Origin: an uncultured Planctomycetaceae bacterium
GTDB taxonomy: Bacteria > Planctomycetota > Planctomycetia > Planctomycetales > Planctomycetaceae
NCBI GenBank assembly: GCA_963813715.1
Contig: CAWFAK010000007.1
Coordinates: 736,001-800,000 of the forward strand
Reading direction: 5' to 3'
DNA: 64,000 bases
The translations under genes were made by a program, and so were the position numbers. Positions within the stretch are counted from its first letter, which is position 1. Each line of letters starts with the position of its first letter. Of this stretch, positions 1 through 11,735 are shown in pieces. Below the pieces are notes generated by a model. That model was not told the DNA's origin and ran no database searches. It saw only the letters and a list, made by a program, of their open reading frames with translations.

Positions 1-1
1 C

Positions 2-2891
2 GCGATCCGCCAGGTTGCCGAAGATGCGCAAAAACGCGACTTCCGCGATTCGGTGCCCAATCCGCGGCACCGTTTGTGGGTCGCGCTGGCCTTGATTCCG
101 CTCGCGGCCTCGATCGCCCTTCTGACGATCTTTCCCTCCGCCGGAATTAACGCCTGGACCCGGCTACTGGCCCCTTGGCGCACGACGCCCCGCTACACGT
201 TCGCCGCGGTCGACAAGCTGCCCGATCCCGTTGTGGTGGCGCATGGCGAGCCGATCTCACTGGCCGTGCATCTCGCCCAGCAAACGATCACAAAGCCCGG
301 TGAAGCCTTCGCGCGGGTTGATGAGCGTGCGTCGGTCGCAGCGCCGCTCCGCGAGGGCAGTTACGCCTTCGATCTGCCGCCGCAAATCGCGCCGGCCGCG
401 CTGCAGTTGGCCGTCGGCGACTGGCGTCAGCGAGTCCGTATCGAACCGATGGCGCGTCCCGAATTGACGTCGGTGACCGCCCAGGTTTCGCTGCCAGCGT
501 ACCTGGGACTGCCCAAGGCGCAAACGAAGGACGTCCGCAGCGGAACGATCTCGCCGGTCAACGGCAGCCGGATTCAAGTTGCGGCCACCGCGAGCCGTGA
601 ATTGGCCAGTTCGCAGGTCAACGGCCAAGCTCAGGACCCCGCGGGCAGCACGTTCACGAGCCCGCCCGTCGAAGTCAAAGGCACCGGTAAGCTCCAGCTG
701 CAGTGGCAGGATCGACTTGGCCTCACGGGGAAGGAGCCGTTCAATTTGGCGATTGCCGGCCATGAGGACGAGGCTCCGTCGCTCGTATGCGAAGGGTTGC
801 CGCGGCAAAAAGTCGTGCTCGACTCGGAAATGCTGAGTTTCAAAGTGCACGCGCGGGATGATTTCGGCGTGAAGCGCGTCGGCATTGAATGGCTCGGGCT
901 GGAAGAGGCGGCCATCACCAAACCCGCAAAGGGCGAACGCGTGCTGGCAGCGGGCGGCAACGACAAAGAGTCTCTCGACGTGGGCGGTACGTTTTCGGCC
1001 AAGTCGTTCAGTATTGAACCGCAGCTAATTCGTGCCCGCGTCTTCGTGGAGGATTACCTTCCCAATCGCAAACGGGTCTATGCACCTGCATCGTTTTTGT
1101 ACGTGCTGAACCCCGAACAACATGCCATCTGGCTGACTGAGCAACTCAATAAGTGGCACCGGCAGTCGCTCGAAGTTCGCGATCGCGAAATGCAGCTGTA
1201 CGAGACGAACAAGCAGCTCCGCGCCCTCTCGCCGCGCGAGTTGGACCAGCCGGAAACCCGCCGCCGTATCGAGACGCAGGCCGGGGCCGAGTGGGCGAAC
1301 GGCCGACGCTTGGGGAACCTCGTCCGCACGGGCGAAGACCTCGTGCAGCAGGCCACGCGCAATCCCGAGTTCGGCGTCGGACATCTCGAAAAGTGGGCCG
1401 AGATGTTGCAAATTCTCAAAGAGATCTCTGCCAACCGAATGCCGTCGGTCGCCGACTTGCTCAAGCAGGCCGCCCAGGCGCCGCAGATGGCCGGCAATCA
1501 ATCGTCCAAAAAGTCCGCGATGGTGGGCGAAGTCAGGTCGCTCGCTCCGGGCAAACCGGGCAGTACCAAGCCCGACACCCAGAAGCGGCAAGCCGCGCCC
1601 CAAGTAGTCGACCAGGAATCGCAACAGCAGCCGCCCGGGAAGGATGACAAGGGGAAACCGGCGCCTCCCAAGAACCCGTCCAGCCCGCGGCTGACTTTGC
1701 CTATGACGACACTTGCCGGCAAGGGCTCTCCGCCAGAGAGCAAAGAAACCCCGGCCGCCCAGAAAATGGACGAGGCCATCAAGAAGCAAGAGGACTTGCT
1801 GGCCGAATTCGAGAAAGTAGCCGACGAGCTGAAGAAAGTCCTGGCGGAGCTCGAAGGCAGCACTCTGGTCAAACGTCTCAAGGCTGCGTCGCGGTTTCAA
1901 ATCAAGGTCGCCGGCCGCCTCGGCGATCAGGTGAACGACCTGTTCGGCTTGCGGCGGCGCGATCTGCCGGAAGCGCAGCTCAATGCGTTGGGCCAGGTTT
2001 CTGAGTCGGAGACCAAGGAGGGGGACAAGATCTCCCTGATCATGGACGACATGGACGCCTACTATGACCGCCACCGCTTCGTGAAAATCAAATCGGTTCT
2101 GGACGACATGCGCAAGCAGGACGTGGTCGGGAACCTCCGCGAGCTCGCCGGCGATCTCAAAACCGAAAAGGGACTGTCGATCGCCCAGGCTGAATACTGG
2201 TCGGACGTGCTCGATCGCTGGGCCGAAGATCTGGTCGACCCCGCCTGCTGCGGCGCATGCCCCGGCTGCAAATCGAAAGGGAGCCTCCCCCCGTCGGTGG
2301 TACTGGAAGTGTTGCAGATCCTCGAGGGTGAAATGAACCTTCGCGAAGAGACGCGCAGTCGCCGAACAGGCGCGTCCCTCGCTCGCGGTCGACGATTACA
2401 AGCACGAAGCCGGCCGACTGTCGACGACGCAAAACGTGTTGCGCGATCGCGTGGTGAAAGTTGTCGCGCGAATTCGCCAGCTGCCCGACGCGGAGAGCGA
2501 TTTTGCCAAAGAGTTGCACCTGCTCGAGACCGTAGAAGGAGTCATGCAAGAGACGCGGGACATCCTGGCCCGGCCCAACACGGGCAAAGCCGCCATCGGC
2601 GCGGAGACGGATGTCATCGAGCTGTTGCTGCAGTCGAAGCGGTTCAATCCCAAAGCCGGCGGAGGCGGCGGCGGGTCAAATCCCGGGGGCGGGGGCGGCG
2701 GCACCACGCACGACTCGGCGCTGACGCTGCTTGGCACGGGCGTCAACGCCAAAGAAGTGCGCGAGGATCGGGGCGTGTCGCAAACGACGGGCGAGCGCGG
2801 CTCCACGCTGCCCGAGGAATTCCGCGCGGGATTGGACGAATATTTCAACCAGCTGGAGCGCGGCGCCGGCGATAAGGCGTCGACGCCATGA
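2..2891 (+). CDS. Large membrane-anchored protein with Ig-like beta region and long coiled coil (DUF4175-like); 5'-truncated, frameshift at ~2357
   Basis: Frame is open from the window edge, with a TM helix (LWVALALIPLAASIALLTIF) and an ARDDFGV motif. After EETR an extra A shifts the frame; the 2436-2891 frame continues (VAEQARP...GGGGGG...LPEEFRAGLDEYF) to a stop overlapping the next ATG. Confidence 0.7.
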
Positions 2892-3986
2892 ATCGGTTCA
2901 CGGTGCTCCGTGAATCGTTGCTCGTGTTCGTCCTGGCAACGATGGGTGTAGGGCTGCGCACCGATCAGCCGACTGCGGCGCATGGCGCCGGAGAAGCGGC
3001 CGTGGCCAAGCTTCTTGCCGCAAAGGTCGACCTCGAGGTCGATTCGCGCCTCGAAGACGTGGCGCCGATGCTGGAAAAACGCTTCGGTATTCCCGTCCGC
3101 CTCGACAAGAACGGCTTACGACGGGCGCACGTCGATCCCCGCACGCGGATCACCGTTTCGTTCAAGCAGGTTCCGCTCGGGGTGGCGCTGTGGCAGATCC
3201 TGCGACCGCTCAAGTTGCAGTATCGTGTCGTAGATGGGTCCGTCGTCGTCGACGACGTCGGCATCCCACTTGACGAACCGCGTCCGAGACCGGCTCGGCC
3301 TGTCATGATCGAACGGCAAGGCGCTGGCCGCGTTTTGCCGATGCCGCAGGCAGGATTCGCACCGGCGGCACGCGTCAGAGACTTCAACGACGACGCCGCG
3401 GTCCGCGGCCAACTGCGGCTGGTGTTGCAGCTCGAACTGAAATTCATCAAGCACCTCTGTTCGCCAACGGCCGAGCAACTGGAGCTGATCAAACAGGACG
3501 GGCTCAAACAGATCGTGGGCGAGGAGCTGGATCACAACGATCCCGAATCGCTGCGGAAGGCAATCAGCGACCCGCGACACGCGGTTGAGAGCCGGATGGT
3601 TGATCTGGTCCGCGCCCGCCTGTCGCCAGCGCAGGCCAACCGTTTCCACAGCGAAATCAAGAAACGAACGGCGAACCTGCGGCAGGTCTCCGCGCAACCT
3701 CGTGGTGGCCATCGACCAGGAACTGTCGCTGACGGAATGGCAGCGTCAGAAAATCACCGAGGAATTGACGGATAACTGGGACGATGCCTGGACCATGACC
3801 GTCGTGCTTGGCTCCTCCAGCAACTCCGCCTTGATCCCCGCCGTGCCCGACGAGCTGATCGTTCCCTATTTGGACGCCGCCCAGCGGTCCCAGTGGGACG
3901 GCCTGCCCAAGCGAGGTAACATGGTCCTGGGCGTTCGCACCAGCGCGTTTTTGGGAATGAGCCCTCCGGCGGACGATGAGGAGTAG
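2888..3986 (+). CDS. Exported hypothetical protein, N-terminal STN/secretin-N-like domain (paralog 1); frameshift ~3692
   Basis: Signal peptide present. ORFs 2888-3775 and 3585-3986 join at RQVS/ARNLVVAIDQEL. Strongly similar to the next gene. Confidence 0.65.
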
Positions 3987-3990
3987 TCGC

Positions 3991-5214
3991 ATGCGTCGCG
4001 CGCATTCCTCGCCTGTCAAAACGGATATCCCTCTCCCAGGCCCGACTTCAACCGCGCAAGGACGTGGACGCGGGTTCGACCTCACCGCGTGTCAGGTGCA
4101 AGTTGTCAACATCTGTGGGGCGTTTCTGGCGATCGTACTTGCCGGTCCCGGAATGCTGCTGCCCGCCGACCAAGCGGGCCCGCGCCGTGCCAATCATGGC
4201 AACGAGGCTGTCCGCCAGGCCCTTGCCGCCAAGGTCGACATCGATGTGCTGAATCTGCCATTGCGGGAATTTGTCCCCTACATGGCGAAGCGTCTCGGTG
4301 GCCCGGTTGTGCTGGGTAAAGCGGCCCTGCGCCGCGCCGAAGTGAATCCCGCACTGGAAATCACGGCCTCATTCAAGCAAGTTCCGCTCGGCGTGGCGCT
4401 GCGGCAGATTCTGCGACCGCTCAAGCTCGAGCACCGCGTGGTCGACGGCGGGCTGCTGATCGAAGATGTCGGCGAAGTGCCGGATGAACTTCCGAGACCG
4501 GCCACGCAAATTCGTGTCGGGCAGGTCGCCCTAGAACGCCAGGCGTGGGAACAGGTGCTGCGGTTCAACCGGCAAAAGGCGAAAGGGATCGACGCGCTCG
4601 TTGATCTCAAGGTGCTGACACCGCTTGTGCAAGTGCGGACCTTGCTGCGACTCGAACTCGATTTCGTCCGCAGGGCATGTCAGCCGCGGCCCCAACAGGA
4701 ACAGCGATTGCAAAACACGGCCTGGCAGCAAGTTGGCGAGGCACTGGCAAACTGGCAGACCGACAACGGGGCTCCCGTCCCAAGCTACGCGCGAGAGGTC
4801 ATTCAGGACGAGGTACTGTCCGCCGTGCGAACGACCTTGTCGCCTGCGCAAGTCGCGCGCTACGAAGCGGAAGCCGCCAAGCGCAAGGCATTCCGGAACC
4901 TGGCCTGTGCCCGCAATCTCCTCGTGACGCTCGACGGCGAGCTCCTCTTGACGCCCAAGCAGCGTGAAGAACTCTGCACCGCCCTCTCGCAAAACTGGGA
5001 CGATGCCTGGACCGTTAGCCTCGCCATGACGTCGACGAACGAACGAGGCCTGATTCCCGCTGTCCCGGACGAGTTGATGATGCCCCACCTGGACGCGCTG
5101 CAATGCCTGCTTTGGCGACGACTGCCGAAAACGGGAAAGCTCATTTGGCGCCTCGACCAGACCGCTTTTCTGGGACTGCCGCCGCTCGACGCGGACGATT
5201 TGGACGTTCGATGA
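3991..5214 (+). CDS. Exported hypothetical protein, paralog 2
   Basis: Shares ITxSFKQVPLGVALxQILRPLKL, NWDDAWT and LIPAVPDEL with the upstream gene. Confidence 0.7.
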   Translation: MRRAHSSPVKTDIPLPGPTSTAQGRGRGFDLTACQVQVVNICGAFLAIVLAGPGMLLPADQAGPRRANHGNEAVRQALAAKVDIDVLNLPLREFVPYMAKRLGGPVVLGKAALRRAEVNPALEITASFKQVPLGVALRQILRPLKLEHRVVDGGLLIEDVGEVPDELPRPATQIRVGQVALERQAWEQVLRFNRQKAKGIDALVDLKVLTPLVQVRTLLRLELDFVRRACQPRPQQEQRLQNTAWQQVGEALANWQTDNGAPVPSYAREVIQDEVLSAVRTTLSPAQVARYEAEAAKRKAFRNLACARNLLVTLDGELLLTPKQREELCTALSQNWDDAWTVSLAMTSTNERGLIPAVPDELMMPHLDALQCLLWRRLPKTGKLIWRLDQTAFLGLPPLDADDLDVR

Positions 5215-6117
5215 ATCGCATCCACCGTTACGCCCGTCGACTCGGATTCGCGGCCGCGCTTGTGGCCGTCGCGGGGATGGGGGCTGCGCGCGAATGGTGA
5301 CGACGACGATCTGGTCGAAATCAAGCCCCAGCCGCGGCAGATGGTATTCCGGGCGGTCGGGCAAATTCAGATTTCCGACCGCAATATCGACGCGTGGGTT
5401 TACGGCAACCAATCCCGCGGCCCCGAATGGATTGAGGCATCGCTCAAACAGCGCGTGGATGAAATTGTCCGGATCTGCCGGCTCACGGACGTGCAGAAGG
5501 AAAAGCTGACCCTCGCCGGCAAGGGCGATATCCAGCACTTCGAAAGCCGCGTCGACGAGCTGCGAGCGAAATGTAAATCGGGCAAGATCCAGGCGGACCA
5601 GTACAATCAGCTATACCAGTCGTCTCAGCCGTTGCGCGCCGCGCTCCAACAAGGTCTCTTTGGGGGCGGCTCTCTCTTCCACAAGACGCTGCTCACGACG
5701 TTGCGGCCCGAGCAGACGGCCCTTTGCGAACAGACCGACCGCGATCGGCGGACATTTCGGTACCGCGCGCGTATCGAATTATTAGTAGCACAGTTGGACG
5801 CCATCCTGGGCCTCCGCGACGAGCAACGCCGCCAGCTCGTCCAATTGATTCTGGATAAAACGCGTCCGCCGCGCGTGTTCGGCCAATCAGACCGTTTTCT
5901 GGTGCTGGTACAAATGTCGCATCTGCCCGAGGAGTCGCTGAAGTCCTTGCTCGATCCCGGACAGTGGCGGGAGTTGCAAAGGCAGCTGGCCAATGCCCAG
6001 CGCATGGTGCGGGTGCTCAAACAAAGCGGCGTTGTGTTCGACGACGGCACGGAACCGGACAAGAGGGGCGACGTCAACCCGGCGATTCTGATCCCTGACA
6101 ACCGTCCGCGGAGTTAA
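5211..6117 (+). CDS. Exported helical hypothetical protein (distant paralog 3); frameshift ~5290
   Basis: ATG at 5211 overlaps the previous stop and begins a signal peptide (MNRIHRYARRLGFAAALVAVAGMG), which shifts into ORF 5260-6117. LxxxQrxxL helical repeats resemble those of the paralogs. Confidence 0.6.
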
Positions 6118-6172
6118 TGCGTATTTTGCGTGGAGCCCCAGAGCGCACGATTTGAAACCACGAGAGATCAAG

Positions 6173-7273
6173 ATGCACTCGACGGAATTTGCACGAGGTG
6201 AGGCCGAACGTCCCCGCCGCCGCTCAGCGGCAATCTGCGGGGCAATCGCGGCGATCAGCGTCCTCTGCGTGCCGATGGCAGGCAGCCGACTATTGGCCCA
6301 GCCGCCGGGCGTGCGCGTCGGCGAAGTTGTCCCGCGGGACGTGCGCGAGCTCTACGATCGTGGCCTCAACTTCCTCGCCAGCACGCAGCGCGAGGACGGC
6401 GGCTGGCCCAATTCGATGCAGGACGGAGCCGGAACGGTCGGCATGGGCCTGATGGTGTTTCTCGCGTCGGGCGAAGATCCGAACTTCGGCCTTTATAGCG
6501 TCCACGTGCGGCGGTCGCTGCGTTACATCATTTCCGCGCAGGATCCCGAAACCGGGTTTCTGGGCCAAAGCATGTACCACCACGGATTCGGCATGCTGGC
6601 CCTGGCCGAGGCCTATGGCACCGTCGACGACCGCAATCTCTGGCCGCAAGGCAAGAATGTGCGAACGATCGGCGCCGCCTTGGAGTTGGCCGTGCGGGCC
6701 GCCATCACGTCGCAAAAGAACAATTCTCAGGGCGCATGGCGTTACTCGCCCGATTCCACCGACGCCGACACCTCCGTCAGCGGGGCGGTGCTCGTAGGGC
6801 TGCTCGCGGCTCGCAACGCCGGCATCGAAATCCCCGATCAGTCGATCGACAAGGCCATTTCCTTTTATCGACAGATGACCTCGTCCTCCGGGCAAGTCGC
6901 GTACGCGGGCCTGGGAGGATTCGACGAATCGCTCGCGCGAGTCTCGATCGCCACGCTCGTCTACTCGGTGGCGCGGCGGAAAGACCTGGCGGAATACAAG
7001 GCCACGCTCGGCTTCTTGAAAGACCGCGCGGAGGGATCGCCCGACCAGGGCCGCGGCTACGAAGACTACACTCGCTACTACGAGGCCCAGGCCCTGTTCC
7101 AGGGAGACGTCGAAGCCTGGGACAAGTGGAACAAGTTGCTCGTGCGCAAACTGAAACAGGCTCAGCAACGGGATGGCAGCATCGAGGGACAGTTCGGCGT
7201 CTCGACGTCCACCTCCTTATCGCTGTTGGCCGTAGCCGTCAATTTCCGTTTCTTGCCGATTTACGAACGCTAG
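6173..7273 (+). CDS. Secreted prenyltransferase/squalene-cyclase-like (alpha/alpha barrel) repeat protein
   Basis: QW-like repeats (QREDGGW, QDPETGF, QGAWRY, QQRDGS), MYHHGFGMLALAE, DADTSV and an N-terminal signal peptide. Confidence 0.8.
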   Translation: MHSTEFARGEAERPRRRSAAICGAIAAISVLCVPMAGSRLLAQPPGVRVGEVVPRDVRELYDRGLNFLASTQREDGGWPNSMQDGAGTVGMGLMVFLASGEDPNFGLYSVHVRRSLRYIISAQDPETGFLGQSMYHHGFGMLALAEAYGTVDDRNLWPQGKNVRTIGAALELAVRAAITSQKNNSQGAWRYSPDSTDADTSVSGAVLVGLLAARNAGIEIPDQSIDKAISFYRQMTSSSGQVAYAGLGGFDESLARVSIATLVYSVARRKDLAEYKATLGFLKDRAEGSPDQGRGYEDYTRYYEAQALFQGDVEAWDKWNKLLVRKLKQAQQRDGSIEGQFGVSTSTSLSLLAVAVNFRFLPIYER

Positions 7274-7296
7274 TCCGAACGCTAGGACTCCGCCTG

Positions 7297-10061
7297 ATGT
7301 CGAACGTCCTCTTTTCGCGACAATTGCCCGCGGGGGCCGCCCGCGCCGTTCGGTGCCTGGTCGGCAGCGCGGTTTGCCTCTTGACTGCCGTGGCCGGCGG
7401 GGCTGAACCGTCGTCGACTCCCGGTCCGAGCGCCGTTTTGTATCTCAACAGCGGCTACATCCGCGGAGAACTGCGAAATTCCCCCACACCCGAGAAGTTG
7501 CGTTGGCAAGGCGCGGATTTCGTCGCGCCTTTCGAATTCGACATTCACCGGATCGACGCCGTTTACTTCCCCGACCCGATGAAGGCCGAGCGTCCGCGAG
7601 GCGACTATTGCTTCGAGCTTTCGGCGGGAGACGTCGTATTCGGATCGCTGGCCAGCCTCGACGACCACGAAGTCGAACTCGACGTCCCCATGCTCGGCCG
7701 CCTGCGCGTGCCACGAAGCCACCTGCAGCGGATGACTCGCAAGCTCGAAGACGGCGGCATGATCTATCGCGGGCCCAACGGGTTTGCCGACTGGAAACTG
7801 TCCTCAACGAGCGCCTGGCACAACGATCAAGGACAGCTCTGGACAGATCAGAACGACTCCTCCGCCCAAAGCACACTGAAGCTCCCGCCGCGCTGCGCCA
7901 TCGAGCTGGTCCTCTCGTGGAGCGCCAAACCGAACTTCGCGCTCGCGCTGGGGATGGGCTACCGCATCGAGGCCTGGCAGCGCGAGCTGGTGCTGGTTGG
8001 CGAAACCGAACATCAGGCCGATCTCGCCTCGCTGCAGCCGCTGGATTACGACGCGGGGCGGATTCACCTGTTCCTGTTTCTCGACCAGCAGTCTGGCGAA
8101 TGCATCGTCTACTCGTCCAAAGGCGCGCCGCTGGCCAACATGAAGCTGACGGGTTCTCAGGGGCGCGGGTCAACGAATTGCGGCTGACCAATAACCGCGG
8201 CGACATTCACCTGGAACGACTCCGCATCGACCATTGGAACCGCGGTCGTCCATTGGCGGGCGAGACCGTCGACAAACCCCGCGTGTGCCTTGCCGACGGA
8301 TCGATCAAATACAGCGAGGTGGCGAAGTTCGACGCAGCGGCCAAGACCTTCGTGATCAGAGGCGGCAAGGAATCTCCCGTTCCGGCTGATCGCGTGGTCG
8401 ATATCTATCTGGGAAAAACGAGCGATCAGGGCCCGCGGCCGCTGACGGTCGACTATCAGGATTCGTCACGGTTCAGCGGCAAGCTGCTGCGGATCGAAAA
8501 CGAAATAATCTCGCTCGAGTCGCCCGCCGCCCGCGAAACGCTGCATCTGCCACTCAAAGGTTTGCGTTCGCTGATCGTCCACCAGAGCGCAGCCGAGAAA
8601 AAGAACGAGCCCGAAGCCGGCGGCACCCTGGAAATGGAAGGCGTGCGCTTGCCCGGAACCCTGGTTGGGGGGCGTGAAGTGGCAAATGCCAGCTGCCTCG
8701 TCTGGCGGCCGCGAGGTTGCGAGGTCGGCAGCGCGCTCAAGCCGAACGTCGACGGGCGGATTGTCTTTCGCGACGTCGCGACCCCGCCCGCCAATCGGGA
8801 ACGGCGCGTCTCACGTCGCAATGCCGGTGCCGCCGCCGCGTCCAGCTCTTCGTCGGAAGACGATTCGCAGCCGCGGCAGGCGCTCACCAAAGCTCTGTAC
8901 CTGCGCACGGGCGACATGGTCCCCTGTGAAATTACGCGGATCGACGAAAAAGGGGTCTCGTACAAAACGCCTCTCGCGGATTCGGGCGTCATCGCGAACG
9001 ACAAGATCAAGGCGGTCGTGCTTACGCTCGACGGCCGCGGACCGGTCGAGCTCACCAAGGACAAACGCGATCGTCTGCTGACCCTGCCGCGGATGTACAA
9101 GGACAATCCGCCCACCCATCTCATCCGTTCGTGCGACGGCGATTATCTGCGCGGGCGCGTCATCGAGATGGACGACCACAAGCTCGTGGTCGAATTGCGG
9201 ACGAAACCCAGGGAGTTGCCCCGGGACCGCATCTCGCGAATCATCTGGCTACATCCCGACGAACTAGAAGGCGCGGCGGCGGCGAAGAAAAAGACAAACA
9301 CGGGACCGCGGCCTCTGGTGCAAGCCGTTCACGACAACGGCACGCGTCTGACCTTCCATCCGACTCAATTCAAAGATTCGATCCTGTCCGGTGTGAGCGA
9401 CGCGCTCGGCGCCTGCCGGATTGCGCTGGAATCGGTCGACCAACTGTTGATCGGCAATACGATCGACGAAGCGGTGACCAAGACCGCGTATCAACAGTGG
9501 CGGCTGCGAAACGCGCAGGAGCCCAAGTTCGTCACGGCCGACGCCAATGCGCCCCGCGGCGGCGCCGATGGCATGGATTCCGCCCTCGTCGGCAAACCGG
9601 CGCCCGATTTCGAGCTGGATCTGTTGAGCGGCGAGCATTTTCGCTTGTCCGATCATCGCGGAAAAACGGTCGTGCTCGACTTCTTCGCCACCTGGTGCGG
9701 GCCCTGTCTGCAAACGATTCCGCACGTCGCCCAGCTCCATCACGATTCAGCCGGTAGCGGGCTGAAGGTGGTGGCCGTCAACCTCGAGGAAACTCCCCAG
9801 CAGATTCAGGCCTTGCTCAAGCGGCTCAAGCTGGAGATTCCCGTCGCGCTCGATCGCGACGGAGCCATTGCCGCTCGCTATGGCGTGAACGCGATCCCGC
9901 AAACGATCATCATCGATCACGACGGCAAGGTGGTGCGTCACTTTATCGGCGGCGGGACGCATTTCGCCAAAGACCTGGTCGACGCGGTGCACGGCGTCAC
10001 CTCGCCGGCTTCACCGAAGCCGCCGGCAACAATGCCGACCACGCGTCCCAAGGGGACGTGA
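7297..10061 (+). CDS. Exported repeat protein with C-terminal TlpA/redoxin thioredoxin domain; frameshift ~8150
   Basis: Signal peptide starts at ATG 7297, and ORFs 6736-8187 and 7503-10061 join. The C-terminus reads GKPAPDFEL...VVLDFFATWCGPC...IPQTIIID. Confidence 0.75.
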
Positions 10062-10136
10062 TCGGGCACGCAGCTCTGCGTCCGGCCGAGATTAAGTCGT
10101 GGTCCGCGCGAGGAGCGCTTGCGCGTGTTGCCCGCG

Positions 10137-11735
10137 CTAGGCTTCGCTGTGGAGAGCCGCTTTGAGCGACTGCGTCTTTTCCGACAAGAGCGCGACCTGG
10201 CGCTCGAAGTTATTTCGGGAGACCCGGATCCGATCGAGGATCTTCTCGCTGTTGGACTGAATGGTCTTTGTCCACTTTTCGATCTCCTCCAGCGAGCCCG
10301 CTTGTTTTTCGACCATCAGAATGGCCCGCTCGATGTCGGTGAAGTCGACTTTCACCGATTGCTCCTCGATTCGCTGACGTACGCAGAGGGCGCGAGCCAA
10401 GAGGAGCGCCGCGAAAATAGGGGTCGCTCAGCGCATCTTCGGCATCCCACGCCACGAAGATGTCGTTGCCAATCCGTTGCAGCGGATCGAGGCCTTCGGG
10501 CGCCGTGCGCTTGGAGTAAACGAACACGCCGACCAAGGCGCCGCGGTTCTTGCGGGCCAGCTCGATGTATTCCCGGGCGTCGGCCAGCTGGTACTGCTGC
10601 ACCTCCTTGGCTTCGATCACGATTCGCTGTCCCGGTGCCGCGCTTTCCGGTCCCAACTCGATCAGGGTATCCCCCTTCTTGCAGTTGTTGATCAGCCCCG
10701 TCGTGGTCCCGACGCACGTGGCGATATCGCCGCGCCCCTGCGATTCATGCTGAATGAAGGCGAAGACCGCCTGATCGAATTCGTCGCCGTGCCGCGTCGA
10801 GCGTTGAATCTCCTGGCGGCGCGTGGCCATGCCGGCCAGCACTTCGCGGATTTCGGATTGAAACCGCTGGCTGTCCTGCCGATGCTCGTTGATCAGCGTC
10901 TGCAGCTCGCTTTTCATTCGGGCCAGGGCCGAGCCATCATTGTCGAGCGAAAACTGGCTGGCGATCTTCTGATGGGCGTCGTCGACCCGATGTACGAGCT
11001 TGCTGAGCGCGGAGTCCTTTTCATCGAGCGTGAACTCGCGGACCATCCGGTCGATCTTCACCTGCAGATCGCCCGAGAGCGAATTCTGTTGCTGGCTCAG
11101 TTCGGCGATGAATCGCGTGAGAGCCCCCTCCTTGTTATCAAGCGAGAACTGATTGAGCACCTGATCGCGCTGCGACTCCGAGTTGTTGCTCGACCGCCTC
11201 GCGAATCGCCGCCAGCACGCCCCGCGACTGGTCCGGGCTGAGCACGCGCATCAGCGGACTTTCCGCGCCGACGTGGGCCGAAAGCGTTTTGGTCAGCTGA
11301 GAGTCGCGATCGCCGATTTGGCGACGCAGCATCGTTTCCAGCTCGCCGTCGCGCCCGATCAGCCGATCGATCCGCTCCTGCAACCGGCCGTCCTTCGGGT
11401 CGAAATACTGCTTGAGCGAGTCGGCCACGCACTCGTGAACCGTCTGAGCGTGGCTGCCCAGTTTGCTGTTTAGCTCCGACAGCAGCCGTTCACTTTCGCG
11501 GCGGACGAGATCAGCGTCGATTTGACCACGGGCCTGCCGCAGCGCCAGGACGCCAATCCGTAAGGCGTTCAATGCAAATCGCTCGCGCGGCTCCCCTTCG
11601 CGAAAGGTCGTCAATTCGCGGATCGTGTCGGGGTCATCGACCTTCAGCTCCAAGCGGCAAACCGAAGGGCAAATGGCCTTCCGTGGCGACAACTCGGGGG
11701 AAGAGTTCGCGCGGAACATTGAGGGCCTCCGACAT
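10137..11735 (-). CDS. Coiled-coil protein with C-terminal PD-(D/E)xK nuclease-like domain (RmuC/DUF2130-like); about 3 frameshifts
   Basis: AGGAGA RBS precedes ATG 11735. Fragments 11138-11770, 10210-11160 and 10137-10400 concatenate. Motif HGDEF..KKGD..IVIEAKE. Confidence 0.6.

Noticed and set aside
6173..7273. Functional squalene-hopene cyclase / hopanoid cluster
   Set aside because: A single barrel with a signal peptide, DADT rather than DxDD, and no hpn genes nearby.
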